64,000 nt of DNA from Octopus sinensis (Eukaryota), in the NCBI RefSeq assembly GCF_006345805.1, contig NC_043011.1, positions 11,160,001 through 11,224,000 on the forward strand, in the 5' to 3' direction. Shown piece after piece: positions 1 through 13,203 of this stretch. The position numbers and the translations under genes are program-made. Positions within the stretch are counted from its first letter, which is position 1, and each line of letters starts with the position of its first letter. The notes below the pieces were generated by a model. The model saw only the letters and a program-made list of their open reading frames with translations, was not told where the DNA came from and ran no database searches.

Positions 1-220
1 TGAATTCTGTAGACAAGGTCGATATAGTACTGGAGGAGTATTTTTCACCACAGATAAGTGAATTTTGGAAGAGTGGCCTTGCAAGTCTGCCAGATAGATG
101 GACGAGCATTGTAGAAAATGAAGGAGAGTATATTTTAGAATAAAAAATAACTTTTATTTATCTTAATTTTGAAAAACAAAAGTATAAAAAAAAGTGCATT
201 ATTTATGGAATGACTCAATA
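1..220 (+). mobile_element. 3' end of a mariner transposon
   Basis: Translates as ...EFWKSGLASLPDRWTSIVENEGEYILE*, a mariner C-terminus, followed by a TIR-like end and TA. Confidence 0.7.
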
Positions 221-238
221 TATAGCTATGTACATATA

Positions 239-1530
239 CGAGGGGCGTTCAATAAGTAAGGCCCCTGACCCACATCCCATAGCAGTAGAGCAACGAAACT
301 TGGCACAGTTATTAGTCTTTTTCTACATAGGAACCACCCAGAGTTACGCATTTCTCCCATCGTTTGATGCAGCGCTGGAGACCGTTTTTGTAGAAGACCC
401 CAGCTTGGTCCTCCAACCACGACGTGACTTTAGAAATCAAGGCTGCATCATCTGTGAAATGCTTTCCTTTCAAAAAAAACTTCATGGCTGGGAAGAGGTG
501 AAAATCAGAGGGTGCAAGGTCAGGAGCGTAGGGGGGGTGGGGGAGGAGTTCATAGCAGCACGCCTGTGTTTCTGATCTGGCGACACGCGAGTTGTGAACC
601 GGAGCGTTGTCCTGCAGGAGGAGGATGCCTTTGCTGATCTTGCCCCACCTCTTGATTTTGATAGCTTCTCTTAATTTCCTCAAAAGTGAAGCATAATAGG
701 CTCCTGTAATTGTGGTACCCTTTGCCAGGAAATCTGTCATCACTACTCCGTCCTGGTCCCAGAAGACTGTGAGCATGACCTTGCCAGCGGAGGGCTGCAC
801 CCTTGCCTTCTTTGGAGGAGGTGAGTCACGGTGCTTCCACTGCATTGACTGGGCTTTGGTCTCTGAATCATAGTGATGGACCCAGGTTTCATCCTGTGTA
901 ATCAGTCTTTTGAAAACTTTTGACTCATCTTCTTGGCACATCTCCAAATTCATCCTCGAGCACTCGACGCGTTCTTGCTTCTGGAAAGGTGTGAGCAACC
1001 TGGGAATCCATCTGGCAGACACTTTTTGCATATGCAAATGGTCATGAATGATAGTTTCCACAGACCCGGTACTAATCTTGACCTCATGGGCTATTTGGCG
1101 AATAGTTATGCATCGATCTTCCAAAATGGCAGCCTCAACTTGACGGACAGATGCCTCATCAATGGCAGAAGGGGGTGACCAGATCTGGGAGCTGTTTCCA
1201 CAGAGTTCCGACCATGTTTGAATTCACGATGCCAGCGTTTTACAAGGTCATATGATGGGGCATCATCACCATAAGTTACTTTTATTTCATCAAAAGTCTC
1301 CTGTGGTGTGCGTCCTTTCAAATACAAAAACCAGATCACTGCTCGACACTCAAAAGGCTCCATTTCACACTTGACTCAGTTCAAACACCTGTAAATCAGA
1401 AACCACAATTAGCTCAGAGCTGTAATTTGCCACTTAATCTATAAATATATAAATAATTGCACATGCAAAATTTCAGCTAGATCAAACAAATGCAAGTGGG
1501 TCAGAGGCATTACTTATTGAACGTCCCTCG
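239..1530 (-). mobile_element. Full-length mariner (D,D34D) with frameshifted transposase
   Basis: TIRs CGAGGGGCGTTCAATAAGTAA / TTACTTATTGAACGTCCCTCG and TA target duplications. Motifs QDETWVHHY, QDNAPVH and APSDFHLF; ORF split into 1363-1106 and 1124-312. Confidence 0.93.
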
Positions 1531-1659
1531 TATATGTATATATACACAGATCACCTAGCATTGTAGGTGTTCTAACATCCTCTGTCATATTTAATGGCAA
1601 TTATAGTTTTCCTTTCTGGTGATACATTGCTAAACTGCTGCTTGATTTAATTATATATA

Positions 1660-2063
1660 CTCTCTTTATTCTTTTACTTGTTTCAGTCATTTGACTGCGG
1701 CCATGCTGGAGCACCGCCTTTAGTCGAACAGATCGACCCCGGGACTTATTCTTTGTAAGCCCAGTACTTATTCTATCGCTCTCTTTTGCCGAACTGCTAA
1801 GTGACGACGACATAAACACACCAGCATCGGTTGTCAAGCAATGCTAGGGGGGACAAACACAGACACACAAGCACACACACACACATACATATATATACAT
1901 ATATACGATGGGCTTCTTTCAGTTTCCGTCTACCAAATCCACTCACAAGGCTTTGGTCGGCCCAAGGCTATAGTAGAAGACACTTGCCCAAGATGCCGCT
2001 CAGTGGGACTGAATCTGGAACCATGTAGATGGTAAGCAAGCTACTTACCACGCAGCCACTCCT
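1660..2063 (-). mobile_element. Major tRNA-derived SINE (head + core + (TA/TG)n + CR1-like tail)
   Basis: A/B-box head GGAGTGGCTGTGTGGT...GGTTCAGTCCC; ~400 nt; about 20 full or partial copies in the window. Confidence 0.9.
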
Positions 2064-2519
2064 TATATTTTTTTATTCTTTTACTTGTCTCAGTCATTTG
2101 ACTGCAGCCTTGCTGGAGCACCATCTTAAAGGGTTTTAGTCGAAGAAATCAACCCCAGGACTTATTCTTTGTAAGCCTAGCACCTATTCTATCGGCTTTT
2201 TTTGCTGAACCACTAAGTTATGGGGACCTAAACACACCAGCTTCGTTTGTCATGTGATGGTAGGGGAAGACAGACATACACACAAATTATATATATATAT
2301 TAAATAAGCCCGACAACTCTTTGATTTCACCAACACTTTATTTACGTATGCGCGGGTATGGCTGTGTGGTTAGGGAGTTTGCTTCCTAGCTACATGGTTT
2401 CGGGTTCAGTCCCACTGCGTGGCACTTTGGGTAGGTGTCTTCCACTATAGCCCCGAGCCGACCGGAGCTTTGTGATTGAATTCGGTAGGTGGAAGTTACT
2501 GCCGTGTGTGTATGTGTGC

Positions 2520-5255
2520 ATATAGCTGCTCAGTGCCTCTCCGAAAGAGAGAGAGGGATTGAAGCAATGACAAAAAGGGTCTTCAGTATACCTGAAATGT
2601 GAAGGAAACGATGACGGATAATGAAATAAATAATGTATGCCAAATTGAATGTAATGTAATAAATGATAATATATGTGTGTTTAGTTGTAATCCTCTATGC
2701 CCTCCCCAAGTCTTTGGAGGGAAGCAAAGAAGACTGATAATATGTAGCAAATGGTTAAAGAAAATGGGATAATTAGTGTGAAAGACAGTTAATTAATATT
2801 GATGGTGTGACGATCAAGGGGCAATGTGTCAGTTGTGCATCAAGCTTTTGTGCCGTTCTTTGCTGGTCTGGTGGAGTGACAAATGGGGTGATTGCTGGAT
2901 GAGGGATCAGCTGCATCAAGCAAGGGCTGCTCTTAGAGGCCAGGAGCATTGTGTCATAAGGCTTGAAGGGTTCTTGGGGTGGTTATATGTGTATGTAAAC
3001 AAATACGTAAACCGTTTCATGATTGAAAGGAATTTATTTACAGGGTTATAGGTACACTACATACAAATGTAGGCAACTGCCACGAGTTGCTAGAAATACA
3101 GAGTACATTCGTGAGAAGTCATATTAGGAATGAATATGTTTGTGTGTGTGTGCGTGTTTCATTCGAAACAATAGTCTATCGGCACTTCAAACATTTCTCT
3201 CTGTCTCTGTCGTCTGCCAAAAACCTTGGGTTGTAGATAGATCTATCTCATCTGTCTGTTCCCATCTCTGCTGCCATTGTCTGCCTACCTTTCTGTTTCA
3301 CCCTTGTATTTATAATATACTGCAGCAGAGTTTGTACCTAAATAGGTCAGCGCTTGTCCAGTTGAACTTCGCCTGACATGATGAGGTCGCAGGTCAAAGG
3401 GAGATGATCAATCAAATTTTTGACAGGACAAAGAAAACCTTTTTTCGCACCTGTTGATCGTTGTGGTTTGGACGACCGAGAATTCTTGGATTCGGTTTTG
3501 AATCTAGGCTTAGAGAAGGAAGTGTTAATTCTTACTGGTTCTTGGGGTACAACCATTGGTGGAACATCTTGAGGTAGGTGAGGTGGTGAAGGTGGGAGGA
3601 GTTGATTTGGCTCTGGGTGTAGGCAGTGTAAATGGGTTCCCAGTTGTGGTGGTCTTGGTGTTAGGAAGTGGGCATGTTGGGTAGGCCTGAGGTGTCAGTG
3701 GTGTAGGAGCTGTTAAACTGGGTTGAGAAGGTATTGGTGTCAGGAATACAGGTGGTCCAGGGGCTATGAGTAGTGGTGCACGAGGAACAACCAGTAGATA
3801 CTTCTGGAGGAATTTTCTGTTGTGCAGTGTGACTCGGCCTGAGCCATCCACTCTCGCCACATACTGATTGAACTGGTGTACCTCTATGATGACACTAGTT
3901 TTGTCCCATTTGGTAGGATTGGGTCCAACTTGGTTTTCGATTTGGATACAATCTCGGACAGTCAGTGGTGGAAGTGGGCGTTTGTGTTCTGACAACCGTT
4001 TGGCAGCATGCATGTGGCGGTTATGCAGGGCTTCTTTGCAAGAAGTCATACTCTCACGCCATGTGGAGTGTGGCTGGTGCTTGCTGAAATGTAGGGGAAT
4101 AAAGTCTCATATTGGGCAGCAAAAGATGCACATGGCTGGGGACAAGTGTGTGTCCCAGTCAGGTGTATTTCTGTATTGTAGCATTGCGTGCTGGAAACTG
4201 TCAGTACTGATGGAGCCATTGGCATCAGTGATGTGTGTAATGAGATGCTTTATTGTCTTGACACTGACCTCGGCACGGAAGTTGCCATAGGGAAATGCAA
4301 CAGGGATGATTCTGTGGTGACCTTCCCAGTTATGGAGGAAGGTGACTGTTTAATGTGTGGTAAACTCTGGCCCTCCATCCAATGTCATGAAGATGTGGCA
4401 CAGGGTGGCAATAAATCCCACTGTACCATTAGATGCTTTCTCCATGATGGGCCAGTTACTGTATCTGTCCTCAGCCACGAGGTAGTGTCGGCTGTAGTAC
4501 TGGAAATAATTGGCAACTAAGCTTTGGAATGGGTAAGCAAAATTCATTGAAGGCAGTGGGGGGCGCTTGGCTGTGAGCGTGCCATTTGGTTGCAGGCTGA
4601 GCAGCGTTCTTGCATTTCAATGATGGCTGGGGTCATGCCCGGCCAGAAGAAGGATGTCTCTGCTCTAGTACAAATTTGTATCACACCCTGATGTGCTGAG
4701 TGTAATGCCTGGAGGATCTGCATGTGAAGGGAGGTAAGTATGACAATCCTGCCATGATACAGGATAACTCCATCAAAGCTGGTGAATTCATCATGAAACT
4801 GGTAGTCCTGCAGCAGCCCTGGGGGTATTTGGACTGGTCCTCTGGGAAGCTATCTTTGATTACGTCCATGAGTTTGGTCATGCTTGGGTTGCTGTTAATA
4901 GCAGTGTGGACCATGTGACAGATTGGATGATCTCAGTAACCGGTGAAATGTAGTCATTGTGAGAGCTTGTTGTAGTGTTGTCATCTCCGGTAGAGCGGAT
5001 GGTTGCCAGGAAAGAATGTTGCAGAAATGGGTGGCTGAGCGGCTCAGTTGGATGGGTTGTGGCAGCAACATCATCAGGGAAGTTTGGTGGTGTGGGCTGT
5101 CTGAGAGGGTGGTGTAAGACAGCATCAGCTGTTGCATGGTGAGCAACAGTCTCCACTCTGCTCCAGACATTTGCCTGCCTGTGGTCATGCGTAAAGACAC
5201 ACTTTGCAAAAATTGCCCCTCCGCAAAAATTAATTTGTTTGCGAAAATTGTCTTT
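2520..5255 (-). mobile_element. Degenerate Ty3/Gypsy pol (RNase H end, integrase) with 3' tail and LTR remnant
   Basis: Broken frames with YLVAEDRYSNWP, DGGPEF and RVDGSGRVTLHNRKFL. PPT-like AAAGACTTGGGGAGG near 2705-2720. Confidence 0.75.
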
Positions 5256-5256
5256 G

Positions 5257-6955
5257 TGTTTGTGAATTTCCACTGGATTACCAAGGAGTACCAAGGCAGG
5301 AAGGACTATTTTTGCGACTGGAGTACCTGTATTATTACGGAGTTGCGGAATTGTGTTGCCATGGATTGAACTGTCTTCCTTCGTTCTTTTCTCTGCTCTG
5401 TCTGTTCTTTTTTTGTGTTTATTACTGAACTTTTATTTAGAACATTTGAACTTTTGTTGAACTCTTTTTTGTTTCTTTGTGGTTTTAAATCATGGCAACA
5501 AAGAAAACCACTGTGCTGGAATGGGAAATTGTGCTCACCCCACCCCAAGCAGTGGATAGAGGACACCATCACTTTGTTCTTTCAGGACGAAATTGAAAAA
5601 GAGTTGGCAGAATACCTGCCAACTATCAAGTATATTGCAAAGGGTGTCAAATTCGCATCAGTGTGATTGCTGTTTGACACTCCTAAAGAGGCTAGCGTGT
5701 TCACTAGTCGTCCGCTGAAAGGGGAAAAGATTTTGTTCCTCCCCACATATCGTGGAAGGAAATTGACAAGAGCCTGGGTTAGTGGGCTGCCACCCGGCAT
5801 AGAGCCTGAGTGGATAGAGGATACTATCCGCCGGGGTCTGGGTGGCAGCGGAGCCAGGCTCTTGAATGTTAGAATGCTTCCTGTGGCTGATTGGGTGGGG
5901 TTGAAAGCAATTTTGACCCTATGGACCCAATCAGCCAAAGATCTGGTCTTCCCAGATTTTTTAAAGATGGATGGTTCTTGGTATCCGGTGACTCTTGAGG
6001 GACGCCCCCCCCCCCAAGTGTCACCTGTGCCTGGAATCGGGCCACATAAGAAAAAACTGTTGCCGGGACCGAGCAAATGTCTTGGAACAGTTAATCAATG
6101 AAGAACTCCCTGTTCCCCCAACGGAGCACCCTGCACCTTCATTGGAGGGAAAGAGGGAGAAAGTCGAGGAGGAGGCAACCCCCCCTTGAAAGAAGGAACA
6201 AAAAGAAAGAAGGTGGGCAACAATGGTTGCCCACCGTCGGATCCCGAAACAGCGGAAGGGAAAGAGGGATCTATGGACAAGCCGGAGGAACCTCACTCTC
6301 TCGCCATGAAAAAGGGAAAGAGAAAGAAAAATGGGGCATCGCCGGTGGTTGCTGATGCACCGGCGGCATGTTCCAAAACCCCTTCGGTGGAACGTGAACC
6401 AACAGAGGGGGTGAAGAAGAAGGCCCCTCCCAGTGGAAATGTTGAAGAACATGTGATCTTCTATCTCAGGGGAGGGGCCGTAGAGAACTATATAGAAAGT
6501 TCCTGTGATAGTCCTTACCTAATGGACTCGACTTGTATTCCAGAGTGGCCTCCGCAGGTTGCTGCTCGGGTACTGGAAGAAAGGAACCTCTATCACATAA
6601 TGAACTCCTTCTCAAAGGAAGAGTATAGATCATGTGTAAAGGACCCCAACTTACGGCTGCTGGAATGCCTGCAGGAAGCAAGAAAATTTATTACTCATTG
6701 ATGTTATTGTTTTTGATTGTAATGGACATTTTAGTCCATAAATATGTTATAAAACTGTAAGAGGTTTAATACCTCATTTAGTATTTAAAAAAACCCCAAT
6801 GTTTTAGAGAAGCAAAAGTCGGCGGGCTCTTTTCGTCTTCTCCCATTCTTATCATCCTTGTATCATTATCATTCACCTCGTTAATGTCTTTGTCCAGCCT
6901 GCGAGCTACCATACTCTATGTACTGCCTTTATGGCAAATTCAATAAAATAAAGTA
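5257..6955 (+). mobile_element. Disrupted LINE ORF1/gag-like coding region (CCHC zinc knuckle) with no adjacent ORF2
   Basis: ATG at 5492, frameshifts, TGA at 5664. Repeated WIEDTI motif, CHLCLESGHIRKNC knuckle, then a P/E/K-rich tail ending at 6701. Confidence 0.6.
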
Positions 6956-7105
6956 GCTTGCTTACCAACCACATGGTTCTGGGTTCAGTCCCACTGTGTG
7001 GAACCTTGAGCAAGTGTCTCCTACTATAGCCTTGGGCCAACCAAAGCCGTGTGAGTGGATTTGGTAGACAGAAACAGAAAGAAGCCCGTCGTATATATGT
7101 ATATA

Positions 7106-7146
<41 letters not shown>

Positions 7147-7150
<4 letters not shown>

Positions 7151-10100
7151 TCATCATCATCGTTTAATGTCCGCTTTCCATGCTAGCATGGGTTGGACGG
7201 TTCGACTGGGGTTTGGGAATCCAGGAGGCTGCACCAGGCCCAGTCTGATCTGGCAGTGTTTCTACAGCTGGATGCCCTTCCTAATGCCAACCACTCCGTG
7301 AGTGTAGTGGGTGCTTTTTATGTGCCAGGTGGCGCTGGCAATGACCACGATCGGTTGGTGCTTTTTTACGTGCCACCGGCACTGGTGTCACAACTACAAT
7401 TTCCATTGATCTTTGAGCGATTTCGATTTCGGTTTCACTTGCCTCAACAGGTCTTCGCAAGCAGAGTTTTGTGTCCCAAGAAGGAAAGGTATGCATAAGT
7501 GGGCTGGCTACATCCCAGGTAGAGGCCACAGGTTATGGCCTCACTTATCCTGCTGGGTCTTCTCACGCACAGCATACTTCCAAAGGTCTCAGTCACTAGT
7601 CATGGCCTCAGTGAGACCCCGTGTTTGGAGGTCGTGCTTCACCACTTCATCCCAGGTTTTCCTGGGTCTACCTCTTCCACAGGTAGGGTGTGGCACTTTT
7701 TCACACAACTATCTTCATCCATTCTCGCCACATGACCATACCAGCTCATTCGTCTCTCTTGCACACTACAAGTGATGCTTCTTAGGTCCAACTTTTCTCT
7801 CAAGGTACTTACACTCTGTGGAGTATGAACACTGACATTACACATCCATTGGAGCATACTGGCTTCATTTCTTTAAGCTTACACATATCCTCAGCAGTCA
7901 CGGCCCATGTTTTACTGCCATGTAGCATGGCTGTTCGTACACATGCGTCATACAGTCTGCCTTTTACTCTGAGCGAGAGGCCTTTTGTCACAAGCAGAGG
8001 TAAGAGCTCTCTGAACTTTGCCCAGGCTATTCTTACTCTAGCAGCTACACTTTCAGCACACCCGCCCCCCGCTACTGACTTTGTCACCTAGGTAACAGAA
8101 ACTATCAACTACTTCTAGTTTTTCTCCCTGGAATGTGACGGAACTTGTTCTCTGCACATTTTCATTGTTTATTGCTCCTGAGCATCTGCCACATACAAAA
8201 ACTATCTTCCCAGTTAGCCTTCCTTTGACATTGCTGCACCTCTTATGTGTCCATAACTTACACTTGGTACATCTTATAGAGTTTCTACCTACGCCTTTTC
8301 TACAGATCGAGCAGGGCCATCTACCTGAAGGTGTTTGTGATGTGTCTACCTTCCTACTTATTAGGACTTTGGTTTTAGTTAGGTTGACTCTAAGGCCCTT
8401 CGATTCTAATCCTTGCTTCCACACCTGAAACTTCTCCTCTAGTTCTGATAGTGACTCAGCAATTAGAGCAAGGTCATCAGCCTAGAGGAGCTCTCAGGGG
8501 CATCCTGTCCTGAATTCCTCTGTTATTGCCTGGAGAACTATGATAAATAGGGGGGGGGGGGGGCTGAGGACTGAACCTTGGTGGACCCTACCTCTACCCG
8601 GAATTCTTCACTACTTGTTGCCAACCCTCACCTTACTAATAGCATCCCTGTACATGGCTCTCACAGCTCTCACTAACCATTCATCTATCCCTAGTTTCCT
8701 CATTGACCACCAGATAAGGGATTGGGGGACCCTGTCAAAAGCTTTCTCCATGTCAACGAAAGCCAGGTACAGAGGTTTATCTTTGGCCAAGTATTTCTCC
8801 TGCAGCTGTCTTACCAGGAATATAGCATCAGTGGTGCTTTTCCCTGGCACAAGCCCAAACTGCATCTCATCTAAACTGACTATTTCTCTAATTAGCTATG
8901 ATCCTCTCCGTGACCTTCATTATCTGATCCAGCAACTTGATACTTCTGTAATTATTTGTATCTAAAGCATCACCTTTACCTTTGTAGCAGTTGACTATAG
9001 TGCTGCTACACTAGTCATTGGGTATGACTCCTTTATGTATCACCTGATTAACTATACGGGTGACTATGCCATAGTCACCTGTATAGTGTGACGCTGCCAG
9101 ATATTTTGAGCATCTATGCAGTGATTCCTGATGGGCCGGGGGCTTTTCCTGCCTTCATACTCTTGATTGCTTTAACTACCAAGGTACTGTCAATTCGGAT
9201 AGCTGGTCTCTCTGTTGGGTCAACATTCGGCAAACTCTCTTTCTCCCATTCATTCTCTTTATTGAGCAACATTTCATAGTAGCGTCTCCAAACCTCTTTC
9301 TTTGCAGCCTCGTTTAGTGCAAGTGAACCATCATCCATGCGGACACATTTCTCTCCTACCACATCACGATTCTCTCTCACACACTGTCTTGCAACACGAA
9401 ATACTTCAAGTCTTTGGTCCTCATGGCGCAGAACATTGGCAAATTTTTTCTTATCTGCTTCCCCTCTGGCTAAATAAACCTGTCTCCTAGCTTCCCTTCA
9501 GGCAGTCTGATACAATTCCTTGCTACCTCCATTCTTCCAGTCCTTCCAAGCCTGTTTCTTTTGTCTAAATAGCCCTGTCAACCACATTGTTCCACCACCA
9601 CATTACTTTGAGTCGAGATGGGACTTTGCACCATCCACAGATCTGGTCAGTGGCTCTCAGCAGGTTGTCCCGTAGAAACCTCCAGTTGTCTTCCACGTTA
9701 TGTGATGTTATATCCCCTTCTATTTCATCGAAGGCTTTGAGTAATACGTCTCTAAATCTCTGTCCATTTGCAGGATCTTCAAGCTTCCAGACCCTTCTCC
9801 TCCATGCTGGTCTTCTGGGCATCCATTTAGCCCTGATCTTGAAGTTTCTAACTACTAATCTATGTTGAGGGGTACATTCTTCGCCTGGGAAGGTTTTGGC
9901 ATTTATAAGCGGCCCTCTTTCGCTTTTTCTGGTGAGGATGTAGTCAATTTGGCCAGTGTGTCTGCGAGAATGGTAGGTGACTAGGTGAGAGGTGGGTTTC
10001 CTGAAGTTGGTATTGCAGACCATAAGATCATTTGCATCGCAGAACTCTAGCAGCCTGGTTCCCTCCTCATTGTGAGAACCAAGACCGTAGCCTCCATGTA

Positions 10101-10801
10101 TGCCATGGAAGTCCCCGACATGCCGACCAACATGTCCATTGAAGTCACCAGCAACAAAGAGAAGGTCCATGTCATTTGTCAATGAGGTAGTCTGCAATAG
10201 GGTATCATAGAAGTGATCTTTCTGCCCTTCCGGTAGCCCCGGTTGAGGGGCATAGGCTGAGATAATGATAGCTGACCTATGGTGAAGCACTAATCCAATC
10301 TTAAGTACTCTGTCACATACTCTGACTACCTCAATTACCTTGTCAACCCATTTCTCCGCAAGAAGTATACCCACGCCCCTGACCCCATCATTGTTCCCTG
10401 CCCAGAAAATCTTGTACCTGTGTTCTTTGCCTGTGAGGAACCTAGCGGAACCTCCTCTCCACCTTACTTCTTGAGTGCAGCACATATCAACACATCTCCG
10501 CTCAAGCATCTCAACAATCTCACCAGACTTACCTTTCAGTGTGCCCACTCTGAGGGTGTGGGAGGTGTGGGCCTGTGAGACCCTGGGATGAGGGACAGCA
10601 GTGTCATGTACCTGAAAAGAAAGCTTGCATTTGGCAGAATTCATAAAGAAACACTAGACTACAACCTACATACACTACACCATTTTTTGCACTATATGAT
10701 CAAATAAACCCTACGTAGGGGTGTGGATGGCATTTGGCCCTTAGAAGTGTTCGCGGGGGGGGGGTACACAAGGAAGACAAAGGCTAGTAACTTCCGGTTA
10801 A
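7147..10801 (-). mobile_element. Near full-length RTE-clade LINE, pseudogenised (APE endonuclease, RT, PHD-like finger, (ATG)n tail)
   Basis: ORF fragments 10644-9565 (endonuclease: QEVRW, GDFNGHVG, QIDYIL) and 8865-8611 (RT: AFVDMEKAFDRV); Cys/His finger; 3' UTR ending in GATGATGAT. Confidence 0.93.
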
Positions 10802-10872
10802 GGTGGAGGGGGTGGGAGGGCGAGTGTATCGCGAAACAGCAAGTTTAGACTAGAGCATCGTCTTCTGCGCTT
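10802..10872 (+). promoter_or_regulatory. Candidate TTK promoter / non-coding first exon
   Basis: The ATG exon has an upstream acceptor, so a 5' exon must exist. This is a CpG-containing patch with TTTCGCGA (E2F-like, minus strand), an adjacent ACTTCCGG and a GTAAGC donor at 10873. Inference only. Confidence 0.25.
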
Positions 10873-11083
10873 GTAAGCTATGGTTAAACAAATTTAGGGA
10901 GAATGAAATAACGAAATGATAACCTTGAATAAAATAAGAATAAAATATAATGATTAACAGATATGCATGATCTTAAGACAAACAAGGAAGACGAAGCTAT
11001 CGGAACAATGTTTAAATGTTAGAGAAATAGATAGATAATAGAGAACGAATGGGGGGCGGTTAGGGTTACGATGTACATATATA

Positions 11084-11470
11084 TAGGAGTGGCTGTGTGG
11101 TAAGTAGCTTGCTAACCAGCCACATGGTTCCGGGTTCAGTCCCACTGCGTGACATCTTGGGCAAGTGTCTTCTACTATAGCCTCGGGCCGACCAATGCCT
11201 TGTGAGTGGATTTGGTAGACAGAAACTGAAAGAAGCCTGTCGTATATATGTATATATAATATGTGTGTCTGTGTTTGTACCCCTAGCATTGCTTGACAAC
11301 TGATGCTGGTGTGTTTACGTCCCCGTCACTTAGCGGTTCGGCAAAAGAGACCGATAGAATAAGTACTGGGCTTACAAAGAATAAGTCCCGGGGTCGATTT
11401 GCTCGACTAAAGGCGGTGCTCCAGCATGGCTGCAGTCAAATGACTGAAACAAGTAAAAGAGTAAAAAAGA
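11084..11470 (+). mobile_element. Major SINE copy
   Basis: Full head, core and tail. Confidence 0.9.
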
Positions 11471-12681
11471 AAAGTTGTATGTAAAATTTGTACAATAAAA
11501 TATTGTATTTATTTGTATGAAAATTTAAAAATTAGTTTCTTTAAAAAGGAAAAGATTTTGCATAGCTTTTAGTTTTATCTAGTGCTTTCTGTAATATTTA
11601 CATCTGAATTTTAGTTTAACATTTACCTTTATATTATTATTTTTTTCTCACAAAAATATGTACTATATTTTTAACATAAGCATTTAATATTAAAAGCTTT
11701 AGTTTTATTGTTAAAGTTTTTTATTTTTCCAATCGGCATTTTAATTTTTTTGAAACTTTATTAAATTGAGTGATAGTAAAACCTATTACTTTTTGTTTTA
11801 TTTCCTAATTTTAAATATATCCTATTTTTCATCTTGCTGAAATTTAAAAATAGTTTTCAAATTTTTAAAAATTAAGTTAATATTACTTAGTATGTTACTA
11901 TAATGATTTGATAATGTTTCTGCACATATCTTGAGTTTTAAGAATCACATTATTTCATATATATGAAAACTGTGGATCAAACTTGTTTATAATCTATTAA
12001 CTGAGAAAGATGTTTGTTTTTACATGATAATAATATCCAAGCTTTATACCTATTTCCTTATTACCCACAAGGGGCTAAACATAGAGGGGACAAACAAAGA
12101 CAGACATAGGTATTAAGTTGATTACATCAACCCCAGTGTATAACTGGTACTTAATTTATCAACCCTGAAAGGATGAAAGGCTAACGATTCTGCCAGCTTG
12201 CTGCCTTATCCAAGCTTTATACCAGTGGTTCTTAACCTGAGTCTTGTAACAAAAACAATTACAAAATAAAAGCAAATATTAAAGATACAATTCAGAATTA
12301 GTGAGGGTTTTGAGGGATATAAGGAGGGGCGGGGGTCAATAAATAAAGAAAGTGGTAAGCGGCGCTAAGATAGTAGAATAAGAAAACTAAAGGTATAAGG
12401 TAATACTTTTGCATTTTTTCATAAACTTCTCATTATTTGACCATGCTCTCATTAAGAACATAACAAATATAATTTTTGCTTGTTGAATTCTTGTGTGTGA
12501 TATTTGAATTACTACATTTGTAGAGTTGTAGAATTTGGATCTATAGATTGTATTTTATCAGCTCTCATTGACAGGGTGAGATGACATGTACAAAGAGGCA
12601 TTGGGTTGAGTCTTTATTTCATGTCCACAATACCTCAATGCCACTGTTCTCTTATTCCATAAGTGTTATGGATTATACTTT

Positions 12682-13085
12682 ACTAGCAGCATAGCCCGGC
12701 GTTGCCCGGGTATGTAAGAGCCCCTAGTAGGCAACGACTAATCCCAATCTAGTTCTTTCCCTCTAGGGAACAAAGGTGCATGTGTAGGTTGCAATGTCTT
12801 CTCTTCACTCGAATACTTCTATGTATACGATGTTCCTAGCTGTCTCCCAACAGAAAATGCGTTGCATATAAAAAGCTCAGATTCTTGACCCCATGTCGAA
12901 TTTATCGATTTTTTTCAGAACTGGGGGAACTTTTCAAAATTTTCGCTGCGTTAGTTTTGAATAATGACATTGGACTATGTGTGTGTCAAGTTTCATCAGA
13001 ATCGGTTGAAAGCTGTGGTCAGGGTGAGGGTACAACCTGACAGCCACACAGACAGACAAACTGCCGTTTATATATAGAGAGAAGA
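12682..13085 (-). mobile_element. Non-autonomous Helitron, short form
   Basis: 5' TCTCTATATATAAA plus (TCTG)n; 3' CCCGGGCAACGCCGGG hairpin plus CTAG|T. Confidence 0.8.
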
Positions 13086-13203
13086 GATATCTTAGCGGGC
13101 TATTGTTGTAATTTGTTTGCGGTTACCTTACTTCAACAATGTTGACCAGGCATGGATGTTAGACGATAAATGTCTTAGAAATCTGAAAAATCCTGTTCAA
13201 ATA

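Noticed and set aside
239-1530. SETMAR or an active transposase gene
   Set aside because: No SET domain; bounded by TIRs and TA, and the ORF is frameshifted near 1170.
1831-2035. Recurrent short ORFs (MSSNARG..., MLGG..., MTTDAGVF...) at many loci
   Set aside because: Chance frames inside copies of the major SINE.
9052-9088. Perfect 17-bp hairpin inside the first RTE copy
   Set aside because: A private local inverted duplication, absent from the other copies, in a dead element; no evidence of function.
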